Assembly (NCBI RefSeq): GCF_006345805.1
Contig: NC_043000.1
Location: forward strand, 27,404,001-27,468,000
Direction of reading: 5' to 3'
DNA from: Octopus sinensis
Lineage: Eukaryota
DNA length: 64,000 bases
Position 1 is the first letter of the stretch; each line of letters opens with the position of its first letter. The position numbers and the translations under genes are program-made. The notes under the pieces were generated by a model. It was not told the origin of the DNA. It searched no databases and saw nothing but the letters and a program-made list of their open reading frames with translations. Shown here one piece after another: positions 24,240 to 37,637 of this stretch.

Positions 24240-24705
24240 TTTTGATGTTATCAACCTCATGAATGCAAACTTGGTCAAGGGATGCACTTCCACACTCGGT
24301 GGTTAAAAGATGTTGCCGAAGAGACATGACGCGACATTGAAAGGCATTTTGTATCGATGTTATGCCTCTGTGTGCTGATTAGTATTTTTCGGGTTTTCAC
24401 ATCAATGGCTCGGATCTCATCAAGTGTTCAATCGGGCAGCTCAAATGTTGGTATGAATACTGGCACTGCAAACACATTATGGGCCACTGTTTCATTGAAT
24501 ACAGAGAGTTCTGAGGTCCAAATTTCCTTTATTCGGCTGTAATATTCTTTAGTGACATGTGTTTTGTTACAGGTGTCATTGGAAGACATATTTTCATCCA
24601 CCACCAGATACCTGTAACATTCTTCGCCAGATACAGGCGAAACAGTCAAATCATTGATGGAGATATTTCCAGTCTGGTCTATAGTCTTCCCGCTTTTCAC
24701 AGCAT
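24240..24705 (-). mobile_element. R4/Dong-like non-LTR retrotransposon fragment (post-RT region)
   Basis: CYRYL...KEYYSRIKEIWTSELS..N.TVAHNVFAVPV followed by IDVKTRKIL. Confidence 0.65.
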
Positions 24706-24706
24706 C

Positions 24707-24792
24707 AATGTATGTATGTATGTATGTATGTATGTATGTATGTATGTATGTATGTATGTATGTATGTATGTATGTATGTATGTATGTATGTA
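24707..24792. repeat. (TATG)n microsatellite
   Basis: Direct reading. Confidence 0.95.
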
Positions 24793-25094
24793 TTTATATA
24801 TGTATGCAGATTTGTATGTTTTGTTTTATGGATGTATTTTCATGCATATAGTTGCATATCTAGACATGCTCATATATATTTAAATGATAAACTTCTGGAA
24901 AGCTATAAAGATTTCTACAGTTCCAGTGATAGTTTAGATCTGCAGTCTTCGAATGAACTTTTTTTTTCTGGTTTTGAAAAGCCTGATTTCCAAAGATTGG
25001 TATCTATCCAGTGTGTTACATATTTTGGTGCCCCATATGTATGTATAAATGTATGTATATATGTGTGCATGTATGTTTGTATGAATGTATGTAT

Positions 25095-25255
25095 GTAGGT
25101 AGGTAGATAGGTATTTAGGTATGTAGGTAGGCATTTAGGTTGGCAGGTAGGTAGGCAGCCAGGCAGGCAGGTAGGTAGGTAGGTAGGTAGGTAGGTAGGT
25201 AGGTAGGTAGGTAGGTAGGTAGGTAGGTAGGTAGGTAGGTTGGTTGGTTGGTTGA
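25095..25255. repeat. (TAGG)n microsatellite
   Basis: Direct reading. Confidence 0.95.
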
Positions 25256-25513
25256 TATACAGGCATATCTGTAAATGTGTATAGGTATGGTTATGCAGAC
25301 AGGAAAAATAGGACTCAAAATATGAATGTTTTCGTTTTTTTTTTTAGATTTAGCAGAAGCAACAGAGTGACTCAAATTCCAATAGTTCCGTGCGTTGACA
25401 CTTAACCAACTACTTTGTAACTAGATTGAAGATTGCCAACGCACGAAATTCCCGGACTTTGCGTCACTCTCTTGCTTCTGTTAAATATTAATATTGTATG
25501 TGTGTGTGTGTTA

Positions 25514-25576
<63 letters not shown>

Positions 25577-25611
25577 TTGTGTGTATGTAGGTATACACGC
25601 ACAAACACACA

Positions 25612-25850
25612 TATATATTTCTTTACTACCCACAAGAGGCTAAACACAGAAGAGAGAAACAAGGACAGACAAACGGATTAAGTCGATTACATCGACCACA
25701 GTGCGTAACTGGTACTTAATTTATCGACCGCGAAAATGATGAAAGGTAAAGTCGACCTCGGCGGAATTTGAACCCAGAACGTAACGGCAGACGAAATACG
25801 GCAACGCATTTCGCCCGGTGTGCAAACATTTCTGCCAGCTCGCCGCCTTA
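25612..25850 (-). mobile_element. SINE family S2, full length
   Basis: Same head, core and tail as 3377-3608. Confidence 0.85.
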
Positions 25851-25864
25851 CAAACACATATATA

Positions 25865-26308
25865 TGTGCGCAGGAGTGGCTGTTGTGGTAAGTAGCTTTC
25901 TTATCAACCACACAATTCCGGGATCAGTCCCACTGCGTGGCACCTCGGGCAAGTTTTTCTACTATAGGCTCGGGCTGACCAAAGCCTCATGAGTGGATTT
26001 GGTAGAGGGAAATTCAAAGAACCTCGTTCTGTGTGTGTGTGTGTGTGTATATATATCTGTGTGTGTATGTGCGTGTGTGAGTGGCTATGTATGTGTGTAT
26101 TTGTGTGTTTGTTTGCACACCCACCCAGCGTCGCTTCACCACTGATGACGGTATGTTTACGTCCCCGTAACATAGCGATTTGGCGAAAGACCCCGATAGA
26201 ATAAGTACTATGCTTAGAAATAATAAGTCCTGGGGTCGATTTGTTCGACAAAAGGCGGTGCTCCAGCATGGCCGCAGTCAACTGACTGAAACAAGTAAAA
26301 GAATGACA
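25865..26308 (+). mobile_element. SINE family S1, full length
   Basis: Head, internal GT tract, tail ggcggtgctccagcatggccgcagtcaactgactgaaac. Confidence 0.9.
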
Positions 26309-27039
26309 GTATAAAAGAATGTGTGTGTGCATGTATGTTTATGTGTATGTGTATAAGCTTGATTAAGAATATCGATATCATCATGCACCTTATGAGGATA
26401 GTTTTAAAGTTTTCGCTATGTGGCTTGGATCGTTCAACATTTTTCCATGGACAGGAATTACTATCATCTCATCTAACTCCTAAGTTTTATGGCTTGATCG
26501 AGATAAAGCGTGCTAAAATGTTTAAAATTTGATAATTCCATTTAGCAAAGATAATTTGGACTGCAACCAGAAATTTGTATCATCGGTCGAACTATGGATT
26601 CCTTATGCACATCGTCAAAAGCACGTATTTCCTCTGTTCTAAATATGAGGTGTCTATATTGAACACGAATATATATATATATTGTTGTTGCTGTTGTTGT
26701 TGTTGTCATCCTTTTTGTCTCTGGAGAGAGTGGGCTTGCGCTTAAAATAATCTAGTCCGGCTTTTACATTTCATGTCCTAATACATCTCCTGCTGTGTAG
26801 TCCTATCCTGGACAAACACTCCTTCTGGCAGGTGCCGCAAATGTAGCGAAGACTTTGCCTGGTTAGTTGTAATGTCATAGTTTCTTGTTGATGTCATTTC
26901 TTGTCTTTCCATTTCTCCTCTCTCTCTCTCTCTGTCACTCATTTGTGTTCCCTATTTTACGATGCGTTGCCAATCCAACAGCTGCTAATATTGATGGTGC
27001 AGGCCTTCATGTCCCTTTTGCAAACATCTTTGTATCGTA

Positions 27040-27215
27040 TATATTTATACATATAAATAGGGAGAATTCACAAAAACAAAAGGACAATGAAGACAGATGT
27101 GTTAGTATAACGTTCGGGAAGTGAAAAAATTTTTAACGTTTCGAGCCTACGCACTTCCGCAGAAAGGAACACAGAAAAGAAACAAGGAGAGAAAATTAAG
27201 TGTAATGGCTAGTGA
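27040..27215 (-). repeat. Solo PLE pLTR (family 4) with variant hammerhead-like core at 27132-27166
   Basis: Similar to 56400-56610; minus strand cuuu-CUGCGGA-agugcguaggcuc-GAAACGUU-aaaa. Confidence 0.65.
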
Positions 27216-28199
27216 TATATTTATATTTATACACGAAATACATTACCTGTAATCAATATTTGCTCTACCCCATATCGAGCATATGCATAGTTACTATACA
27301 GATAGTACAGAGAGCAAAGAGTACCTCTGTCTTCGTTTTTAGGATATGTTTATGTTAACAGTTTTGCGTGGGACAAATGAATACTATTCTAAAACAAACT
27401 CTGAAATTTTCTTTTCAATAACCAAAACGAGGTCATAAAGTTGATTCCTTCTAGTTGTCAGGAAATATTTGATAGGGCAAATGACAGATACAGCCGTCAT
27501 AGTGGATATCGTATTGGTTGCGGTCTCTGTGATTAGTGATATGTTTGAAGTTTAATGTGTTGCTAATTTTATGTGCGTTGGAGTATCAAGTAATAAACTG
27601 TTTGAGAGAACAATCTTTCAACAATTTCATATTCAATGGCTGATATATATATTCCGAAACTGTTCTATATCTATACAGCAGTTAACGAATCAATATCTCA
27701 GATATTCCATTTCGGTGCTTATCGATTGAAGTAGTTATTAATTGTAAATGCTATGATGTACAAATTTATTACGCAGGATAATGATTTTAATTTAAGTGTA
27801 ATTTAGTAGATGTTCAGATAACTCTTATTCAATATTATAGGCACTCAATATGGCAGTGTTAATTATCCAAACACGTTTGTGGTTTTAATCATGTAACGTT
27901 TTAATTTTTGTTTCCTATGAGCTGGCAATTAATCTACGTGCTAAAGCGGCTCAGAATGATCACACAGAGTTGAAATAGTACAGAGAACATCGTCAAGAGA
28001 TTGACACAGACCCATACGTAGACATGTATACACAAAAGTATACACATCGATATATACATACACAAATATGCACACGCTTATTTGTGCGCGTATATACAGT
28101 GGCTGCGATGGATAACTTGCCGCCATTTTATATTTTTAATAGTCTTCATGCGCATTGTTTGTTTTTGATTTGGTCGACTATACAGTATAGCAGGGTTAG

Positions 28200-28745
28200 T
28201 TGGGCACCGTCTACCAGAAAAACAGCACTATGACGCAATTCACTCCGCCAGAAATTTGGAGACGACATGGTGTACTGCTTGGCATTCGCGCCGGACGCTC
28301 CAATACGAAGAGATGGTGAACACACAGAACAACCGTTGGCTTGCCGTGTCCCCAAAACATGTACCGAGAGTGATAAAAAGCAAATAACCAGTCAAAATCA
28401 TGACGTTTGATGTGACCACTATTCATGGCGACGTTATGCCTCCATTCATTTTCCCACCCGGCTTCAGACACAACACGGAGGCCTACATCAAGTGCCTGGA
28501 GGAAGTAGTGTTGCCCTGGGTCAAGAAGGTGGCTGCTGGAAGGCCTTATATCTGGCAACAGAACTCTGCACCATGTCCCACAAGTAGGAGAACACTGTCA
28601 TAGCTGTCAATCAATTTCTGAGACCATACCACTCCTATCATCTGGCCACCTAACTCCACAGACTGACCCCCAACACTTGGCTATTATGTGTGGGGCGCAG
28701 TTGAGCGGGAAACCGACAAAGCTCCTTGTAAAACCAAACCGTCCA
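28200..28745 (+). mobile_element. Tc1/mariner (maT/DD37D-like) transposase remnant
   Basis: GDVMPPFIFPPG..NTEAYIKCLEEVVLPWVKKVAAGRPYIWQQNSAPC, then WPPNS.D..DYYVWG. Confidence 0.8.
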
Positions 28746-28885
28746 ACTCGTTACTTCACCAGAAACAATACAGAAAGGAAACGCAACCTTACTGAAAGGC
28801 AGTGCCACAGCATGGCCTCAGACTCTGGCTGAAGCCAATAAAATATTAACATCTATATACATACACACACACACATATATATACA

Positions 28886-28918
<33 letters not shown>

Positions 28919-29435
28919 ATGATTTGTGCATATGTCTGTATGTATATGTATCTCATCGGCAAGATGTAAATAATCGGTGGGCGAAACAAAAATTCTTTAC
29001 TTAATATTTATAAATGAACAATGATAAATATAAAAAAATATTGAATGAATAACAAAGTTGCGTTAATATAAATCTCATACTACTTTGTTCAACTAATTCT
29101 TGTAGAAAACAGAATGTACTTACATTTCTTAGCTTTCTTTTATGTTTTTTTGTTTTTCCTTTCGGTGCTATTTCTGTTGTTTGCCTAATATTTCTACCCT
29201 TTTAAACATCAAATAAACGCAAATGTTTTCATAACTGAATCTATAAGTATATTTGTTAAATGAATGAATACAAATACAGAATACATATATATCGATAAAT
29301 GTCTAAACGAAGAAAATTAGATACATGAGTAAACAGATTGTAGTGAGAACAAATAAATATAAGGAAATATTTCAAGGAAACAAAACAAGAACGGCTGTTG
29401 CACAAGTAAAAATGGGTCATTGATATACCATTATC

Positions 29436-29605
29436 TATGTATGTATGTATGTATGTATGTATGTATGTATGTATGTATGTATGTATGTATGTATGTATGT
29501 ATGTATGTGCATGTATGTATGTATGCATGTATGTATGTATGTATGTATTATATATGTCTTTATGTATGTATATATGTATGTATATATGTATGTGTGTATG
29601 TATGA
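29436..29605. repeat. (TATG)n microsatellite
   Basis: Direct reading. Confidence 0.95.
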
Positions 29606-29609
29606 CTTT

Positions 29610-29760
29610 CTTTTATTCTTTTATTCTTTTATTTCTTTCAGTCATTTCACTGCGGCTATGCTGGAGCAACGCCTTTAATCGAACAAATCGACTCTATGAC
29701 TTAATTTTTGTAAGCCTAGTATTTTGTCTAGTGATGTTTAGGGGTTCAAACACAGACACA
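29610..29760 (-). mobile_element. SINE family S1, 3' half
   Basis: tttcagtcatttcactgcggctatgctggagcaacgcctt. Confidence 0.8.
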
Positions 29761-29766
29761 CACACT

Positions 29767-32700
29767 GATAGTTTCAGCTTATGAGCTGTGGCCATGCTGG
29801 GGCACCGCCATTTGGTGTTGCTACTTGGTTTCACTTCATGGAGGCTTTCTAGCAACTGCTATTTGGTGCATGAGAGAGTTCGATGCAGCTGCCCTCATCT
29901 GCCCCTCCTGCCGTGAAGTTGGTTCATCTGGGACACCTGACAGGAAGAGATCCAGCTTCATTTTAAAGACATCTGTATCCACCCCATGCAGGTCTCTCAG
30001 GTTCTTCGGGAGGATATTGAAGAGCTGTGGGCCTCGGAAGCCCAGGCTATCACAGAATCTTGTCCTACATCTTGATGGCAGGTTTGGAGTCCTAGGCACC
30101 ACGCAGTGGCGCCCAGTTCTGGCATTTGCGTAACTCTCGATGCCAAAGTTCAGGACACTTCCTCCAGGATCTTCCAGATGTATATTATGGCATATCTTTC
30201 CCGCCTACGCTCCAGAGAATATAATTTTAATCTCTTGAGTCTTTCCCAGTAGCTTACATTCTGCATAGAGGCTATCTCTTTGTGTAGCTTCGTTGGATCG
30301 CCTCAAGTTCTGTGATTAACTTGACACTGGATGGTGACCATAGCTGAGAGCAATAGTCAAAGTGGCTTAGGACAAGTGTCTTCCAGAGGACCATCATGGT
30401 TTTTTGTTCTCTTGTTCTAAAGGTTCTAAGAATCCATCCAGCCAGCCGTCTACATTTCATTGTCAGTTTAGCAACATGTACATGAAAGGTCGCGTCATCA
30501 CTCATGTGAATACCCAGGTCACGCACTGATTGTGCCTCTGGGATTGCAATCCCTCCGGGTCCAGTGTATTCATTGGGTATTGCATTCAGTTTTGCATGCT
30601 GATAGTATAAAGCTTGAAACTTTCCAGCATTGAACTGCATGCTATTCTTTTCAGCCCACTTGTATATTTCGTCCAGCTCACATTGCAGGTGTTTAGTGTC
30701 CTCAGGGTTCTGTATTGCCTGTGAAACTTTTGTATCATCTGCATAACTTGTGATCGTGGCTCTCTGCGTGGCTGAGGGCATGTCTGAGGGGCCATTATGA
30801 ACAGTAGTGGTCCCAGAACAGTGCCCTGCGGAACACCGCTCACTATTTGTGTGTTAATGGAGGTGGCCCCATTGGCTACTACCACCTGACTTCTATCCTT
30901 CAGAAAGTCATGAAGCCATTCTCCCAGTTTTCCAACTATGTTGAGATCACGCAGTTTGTGACATATCATTCCATGATCGACTTTATCAAAGGCCTTTGCA
31001 AAGTCGAGATATATCACTTCCACATTTGAGTGGTGAGCAGCCGTTTCAGCACCCAGTCATGTGTTGTAGGACCTGAGTTAAACAGCTTCTCCCCTGGTCG
31101 GAAACCATGTTGGGTGTCGGGCAGCAAGTCATTCTCTTCAAGGAAGGTGATCAGCTTCCTTCTGACTATTCGTTCCATGACCTTGCTGATGTGTGAGGTC
31201 AGAGAGATAGGTCTATAGTTCTTGGCTTCCGCTCTGCTACCTCCTTTATGAATGGGGCATATTTTACCTTCCTTCAGTTTTCCTGGAAGTTTGCCAGCTG
31301 CAAGGAAGCTCTGAAAGAGGAACTGCAGTGGTCTTGCTAGGACTCTCTTACATGCTTTTAGGAGGATTGCCGGGAATCCATCGGGGCCAGTAGCTGAGTC
31401 TGTTTTCATTTCATCTATAGCCTTGGTTACATCGTCTTCCTTTATATCGATGTAATCTATCGTCGCCGCCTCTGATTTTATATCTGCAGTGGTAAAAAAG
31501 TCAGTTGGATTGCTGATTTGGAGATGCCCAAGGGGTGGAGTGAAAACACTCTTGAATTGCTCATTCAGTATTTCACTTACCCTCATTGGTTTTCCTGTAA
31601 GTGTGCCATCCTTTTCGAGGAGTGGCCCTATTCTACAGTGCACTGTAGCTGTTTCTTTGGCATACCTGTAGAAAGCTCTGGGGTTAGATTTTGTTTTCTA
31701 TAGCCCAGGCTTCTTTGTCTGCTCTTTCTTTTTCATGGGAGAGTTGCAGACATTTTTCGATTTCCAACAGTTTTATTTTTAGGCGGGACTTTTCACTGCT
31801 TTCAATCTGTTTGTTAGGCGATTGAAAATTTCGTACGCCGTCTCATTAAAATTTTCCTCTCTCTGGGGATTTTGTTCTTGTGTACAGTGGCCTTTCTCTC
31901 TGGGACACATTTGTAGCATATGGCTTGCATTACAGACATGAATTGTTGAAGTTTCACGTCGATGTCTGGCGAGGAGAGATATTTAGGCCAGTTTTGTTGA
32001 GGATCTCTTTCTCAATTTGTTTCCAGTTTGCCTTATGGTAGTTCAAGCTGGAAAGATTTTGAGGGTTTCTTGTAGGCTGCATGTCCGTGCTCTCTTTTGG
32101 CCCGTACATGGTCAGCTCTATCATGTTGTGATCCGAGAGTAGTGTCGTGTCACTTTCACATTATGGATGAGATCCATGTCATTTGTGAAGCAGAGATCCA
32201 GTGTGTTACCTTGCCCTGGTTGGTTGGAGTATTACCTGCTCCATGTACAGGGTGTTGATGAGATTCAGGAGGGACCTCGCCTGTCCTCGTTCACATCTTG
32301 TCATTCCTGGGAGAGAAAGGCCCTCGGGCCATCTGACATTGGGCAGATTGAAGTCTCCCATAAGAAGCACACCTATGTGTTGTTCTAATGTGGTTAGAAT
32401 TTCTTCTATTTTTATAAGGCAGTCTTCAAACTTGCCCACATGGCTTGGGGCATCTGGAGGGCGATATGTACACAACAACTACAATCAAGTTGCCTAATAT
32501 GTACAATTAGTGTGTCACACACCGAGTTTGAGTATGACAAGAGGACCTGGGGTGTGAGGTCCTCACGGATGTACATAGCAATACCCCACCTCCATGACTC
32601 CTTTCTTTCCTGTCGGTCCGTAGTACAGCATACTGTGGTATGTGTAACTCCGCATCTGCTATGTCCGGTTTCAGGTGCGTTTCTGTAAGTGCTATGCATA

Positions 32701-33020
32701 AGGCTTGATTGCATGCAACAAAGTCTCTCAGGAACGGGATCTTTGTCCTGTTACTGAGTGTTTGCAGTCCTCTGATGTTCAGTAGGAGTATCGAGGTGAG
32801 GTGTACGTTGTTGCCGGCGGTGTCCATCCTGTGTCTGTTTGCTGTGGTGGTCTGGTATATAGTGGGTAGTCCCACCTGCGGGCTTCGGTTTGATGAAGCC
32901 AGGTCAGCTGCTGTACAATCTTTTGTGCCATGCACAAAAAAGATTGTTGCTCAGCAGCTGCTCTTTCGACAACATCATGTTGGCTGTTTGTGGCGCGCAC
33001 AACATCTGCGTACCTCCGCA
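29767..33020 (-). mobile_element. CR1-group non-LTR retrotransposon (APE endonuclease + RT), frameshifted, 5'-truncated
   Basis: APE: LNIRGL, IALTETHL, LLMGDFNLP, LDLCFT. RT: NYRPISLTSHISKVMERIV, YLDFAKAFDKV, GVPQGTVLGPLLF, YADDTK. C-terminus GPQLFNILP...AAASNSL. Confidence 0.95.
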
Positions 33021-33061
33021 TATATACATATATGTTTACATATCTACGTGTACCTGTGTTT

Positions 33062-33231
33062 GGGTAGCAGAAAATTTAGGAGGATCACTTAATTATGATT
33101 TTATTCATTATATTCACCCCTAAGATTCACTAACGTATGACAGTGGCCCTTAAGTTTTTGTAAGCCCTGTAAAAGAACTCGGAAGTTTGGGCTTCCAGCT
33201 AAGCCTTTCACGAGATTCTTAAAATCCCTCG
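33062..33231. mobile_element. mariner-type MITE, decayed
   Basis: Similar to 56111-56323. Confidence 0.65.
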
Positions 33232-33736
33232 TATATGTATACACACACACAACCACCCCACGCTCACACACACACATGTATACTTGTTTGAACCTCCATA
33301 AATCACAAATTTTATTTTGGCTTTTGTAGGAGCAACTGTTTCCGAAGACTCATATTGTCGTTCAATGCTCGAAATGAGGAGTAGATGGACAGCCTACAAC
33401 TGATAATGGGCCGTTCTTATGTTACATGTCCTGTTTTCCATTTGTTTCTCTCGTTGTTTGCATATTCAACTCATTTGTTTTCGTATTTCATGTCGTTTAC
33501 AGTTTGTGACATCCTGTACCCATATATGCATATACATATATATATGTATATTATTTATATTATATAAATATATATATAATATATAAATATATGCATATAT
33601 ACATACATATATGTACATACCTACATATATCTGTAGGTATCATATATATATATATAAATATATATATATAATATATATATATATATAATATATATATATA
33701 TATATAAATATATATATATATGTATGTTCTGCATAT

Positions 33737-33950
33737 ATGGGTGCAGGGCATCAAAAGAGCCTTGAACACAATGAGAAACGAAAACATAACAACAAAAACA
33801 TAGAAACGAACTTTTTTTTCGAACAACGAAAAAAACAACAGAGAAACGAGACATACTACATAAAGAATATTCCCCTTCTTCAGTTGCCCCTGATTCATCT
33901 ACTCCGCGTTCGGAAGTTAAGGACAAGACGCAACTTCACCGAAACAGTCC
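33737..33950. repeat. Dispersed repeat family (see 17050-17365)
   Basis: High similarity to 44370-44530. Confidence 0.75.
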
Positions 33951-35289
33951 TATATATATATATATATACATATATATACACAGAGAGAGGAGGAGTAAGG
34001 GAGGGAGGGAAGGAGAGAGGGAGAATCAATTACATTTTCAAAATATCAGCTGAAAAAGCAGATACCACTCTCTTCTCTGTGTAGACTTATTTGGTTTGGT
34101 TTTCCAACGGCTTTTATATAATTTGGATCCGATTCATTACATCGTCTGTTGCTATCCTACATATTTGCTGGCTGTAATATTATTGAAATTTCTCCATTGA
34201 TGTCCGTTCAATTTGCCAATACTTTGATTGCTTTATTTTTCATTGGTCGGCTTTTGATTATTGTTCATTATCTTTTCATCATTTTTCAGATCCTGTTTAC
34301 ATTAAGTTGATTTTTTTGCTCTATCGCTTTCAAGACAGTGGCCATTTTGTTTCTGCTTGTCGTTTAAGTTTTCGCCTCTTTTTTTTAAAAATTATTACAT
34401 CCTGTTTGGCTTGCTACAAATATTTTTTGTATATTTGTTTTCACGACTTATTCATTGGTCGGTTTAGAAACTCTTCGCGTATCTTTTATCCTTGTTTCAT
34501 CTATAGCCTGCTTTGTTAAAATTGTCTCAAACATGAACGAGGTACTGAAACCTCCTACAGAAATAGCTTCAGGGCCACAATACACACTGGATATTATCAC
34601 ACAGGGATATGTACAAGTGTGTGAGAGGCAGTCGGCAATGAGAGAGACAAAATTGGAATCTTATACAACATTTGTCTAATTTATAGCTGGAGTTGCTGAA
34701 GAGGTTTGTAATATAATATCTGGAGGGAACCTCAGTTGATATCAAATGCGGCTACAACAATAATTATTTTTCCTGTCATAATTCGTTGGTTTCTCGGCTT
34801 TATTGTTCAGCTGATATCACTTTTGATGCCTCCAGTGCAATTTCCCCTCCTTTTACGAAATAGATGCGAACCCAGCAATCCGGACAATTTTATTAACATG
34901 AATTTATCCTGGTGTCATTTATGGGATATCATCCTGTTATGTGATGTTCCCATTATTCCTATGTTCTAAGTAAGTGAAAGTTTATCGCAATTCATATATA
35001 TTTCACATACGACAAGTACCGTAAGGCAGGATCAGTTGTGTAAACTTAGTAACCATCAATTATATTATGATTATGTTAATATCTATATATCCCTTTCAAA
35101 ATGCCTAATTGTAGTTGAATAGATTTTATATTCCTTCAATAAATATGGCTAAATAGATTTATGTGTGCGTTTTTAGCTGCGACAGACCTGTTTTCTAATA
35201 TACTTCATGGCGTATTTTTAGAATATCTGATTTTAATGCAATTTCCCCTTATAAATTTTGAGTTAAGTTTTTCCCCTTGCTGTGGTATT

Positions 35290-35379
<90 letters not shown>

Positions 35380-35856
35380 ATATGCAGATATAAACGCACA
35401 TACCCATACATACATACATATATACATATGTACATACATACGTATCTATCTATCTATCTTTTTCTCTCTCTCACTCTCTATCTCTCTATATATATATAGG
35501 AATATATTTTTCTTAGGAAATGTGGTATTTACAAAGTCGACTGGTATCATTTATGTTAATCATGACAAAGTAGTTTGTGAAAATTTCATAATTTCATGCT
35601 ATAATAATGAGTTTCCATTCCATGTTAGCACGAGGTAGAATATTTTGTGAATGTAAAATATCCCTCCTCCTACTAACATAGAATAAAAACGTATTAGAGA
35701 ACCTGAAATTTTAACATCATCACATTCTACATAGTCTTGATTAGCCTGAGCGAAATCGGTCGACTATTTAGATATTTCGTTTCATAAATATATGTAACAT
35801 ATCTTTTTCATCATACAGTGTCTGTGCATTTTCAGGGTTTTTATATCTTATATATA

Positions 35857-35903
<47 letters not shown>

Positions 35904-35905
<2 letters not shown>

Positions 35906-36467
35906 CAATAATAATACTCTAAACGAGATATAGACAGTAACTGCTCCATAACATAAGGGACATTAGCCATTTGAATGTGGCTAGGGACAGGGCACCGTGA
36001 TGGTGTCAGCCTATCTGGTGACGTTGATGATCGCCTGGGGCTAAATGCATCAGTAACACCCCCACCGCCCTGCCCTGTCCCTAGCCACATTCAAATGGCT
36101 AATATCCCTTATGTTATGGAGCAGTTACTGTCTATATCTCGTTTAGAGTATTATTATTGCTGTCGAACAGATTTTCGAAATCAGTAAATGTATTTACGTG
36201 AAAATCTATATATAAATATCCTGCACAGGAAGTTGTTCGTCGAGGAGCGGTGCCTACCATACGTTGACGATAGGCAAATACCTTGAAACCTGGGTCCGTA
36301 TGTGGCATCCGCTTCTTCGGGGAATGATCTCCCTTTGCAGGATAGAGGACACCGTGATGGTGTCAGCCTATCTGGTGACGTTGATGATCGCCTTGGGCTA
36401 AATGCATCAGTAACACCCCCACCGCTCTGCCCTGTCCCTAGCCACATTCAAATGGCTAATGTCCCTT

Positions 36468-36472
<5 letters not shown>
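35904..36472. repeat. Fold-back plus direct-repeat element
   Basis: 91-bp inverted arms 35904-35994 and 36071-36161; direct repeat 35993-36115 vs 36350-36472. Confidence 0.85.
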
Positions 36473-36499
<27 letters not shown>

Positions 36500-36666
36500 A
36501 TCATAGACGCGCGCACACACACACCAGTGTTCTAAGCAACTGCCAATTGTTAATGTCTTCTAGAACTCTAACTCATACGCTAATTATATTAGACATATCA
36601 ACTATTTTATAACGACATCTGGGTTAAGACAGTTGGATAGTTCTTCACCACATCTGCTCCTATGTT

Positions 36667-36743
<77 letters not shown>

Positions 36744-37459
36744 CACATATATATATATATATATATATACAAAATATATGTAAATATATATATATATATA
36801 GATATATATTTATTTATTTATATCATGTATATATATAAGATATGAATATATGTTAATGTATATGCATTTATATATATGCGCATCTATTGTGGAATTTCTG
36901 TCATTTATCAGGAAAAGGATATCATGGACGGCCTCACGCGGATCGTTTATATAAGATAGTACAACCTTATTTCAGGTAGATTTGATTAGTATTACTTGTA
37001 AATAGAATGATTATTTAGAAACTCAGGTGTTAGCTGGTATATATAAATTTATGTCTGCGATGTGTATGAGCGTGCGTTTGGACGCGTGTTTATGTATATA
37101 CGAGAGAATGTCTTTATGGGTAAGCCATTAATAGAATGTGCCATTATCCAGATGTAGCGATTGGATAAGCATAAAAATGTATGTATGTATAGAAGTCTGT
37201 AGGTATGCATATACATATATATATATTTTATATATGCATGTATCTTTTTTTATGTGTGAATATATATATATTACACGTGTAAATATATTTATATACAAAA
37301 TATATAAAAATATGTACATGTATATATGATATGCATGTATATATATATCAATATGTATGTAAAGATATATATGTATAGATAAATATAATTGTACATATAC
37401 ATGCATACATGCATACTTATATCTGTAACTATATATAACTATGTGCACGAATCTATATA

Positions 37460-37460
37460 T

Positions 37461-37526
<66 letters not shown>

Positions 37527-37588
37527 TATATATATATAATATATATATATATATTATATATATATTACAAACATACATATAGATAGAC

Positions 37589-37635
<47 letters not shown>
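37460..37635. repeat. (TA)n/(GATA)n/(GA)n microsatellite
   Basis: Direct reading. Confidence 0.95.

Positions 37636-37637
<2 letters not shown>

Noticed and set aside
33865-33945. Permuted hammerhead in the 33.8/44.5/63.9-kb repeat family (CGAAAC upstream of CTGAAGA)
   Set aside because: Helix I and helix II pairings are inconsistent across the three copies.
34455-34975. Coding-looking unique sequence with gtaagt at ~34970
   Set aside because: The only open frame ends in TAA exactly at the donor, and the other frames have stops.
36045-36130. Twister-ribozyme-like words (UAACAC ... GUCCCUAGCC ... UGGAG)
   Set aside because: P4 would be only 2 bp and the T1/T2 pseudoknot partners are missing.
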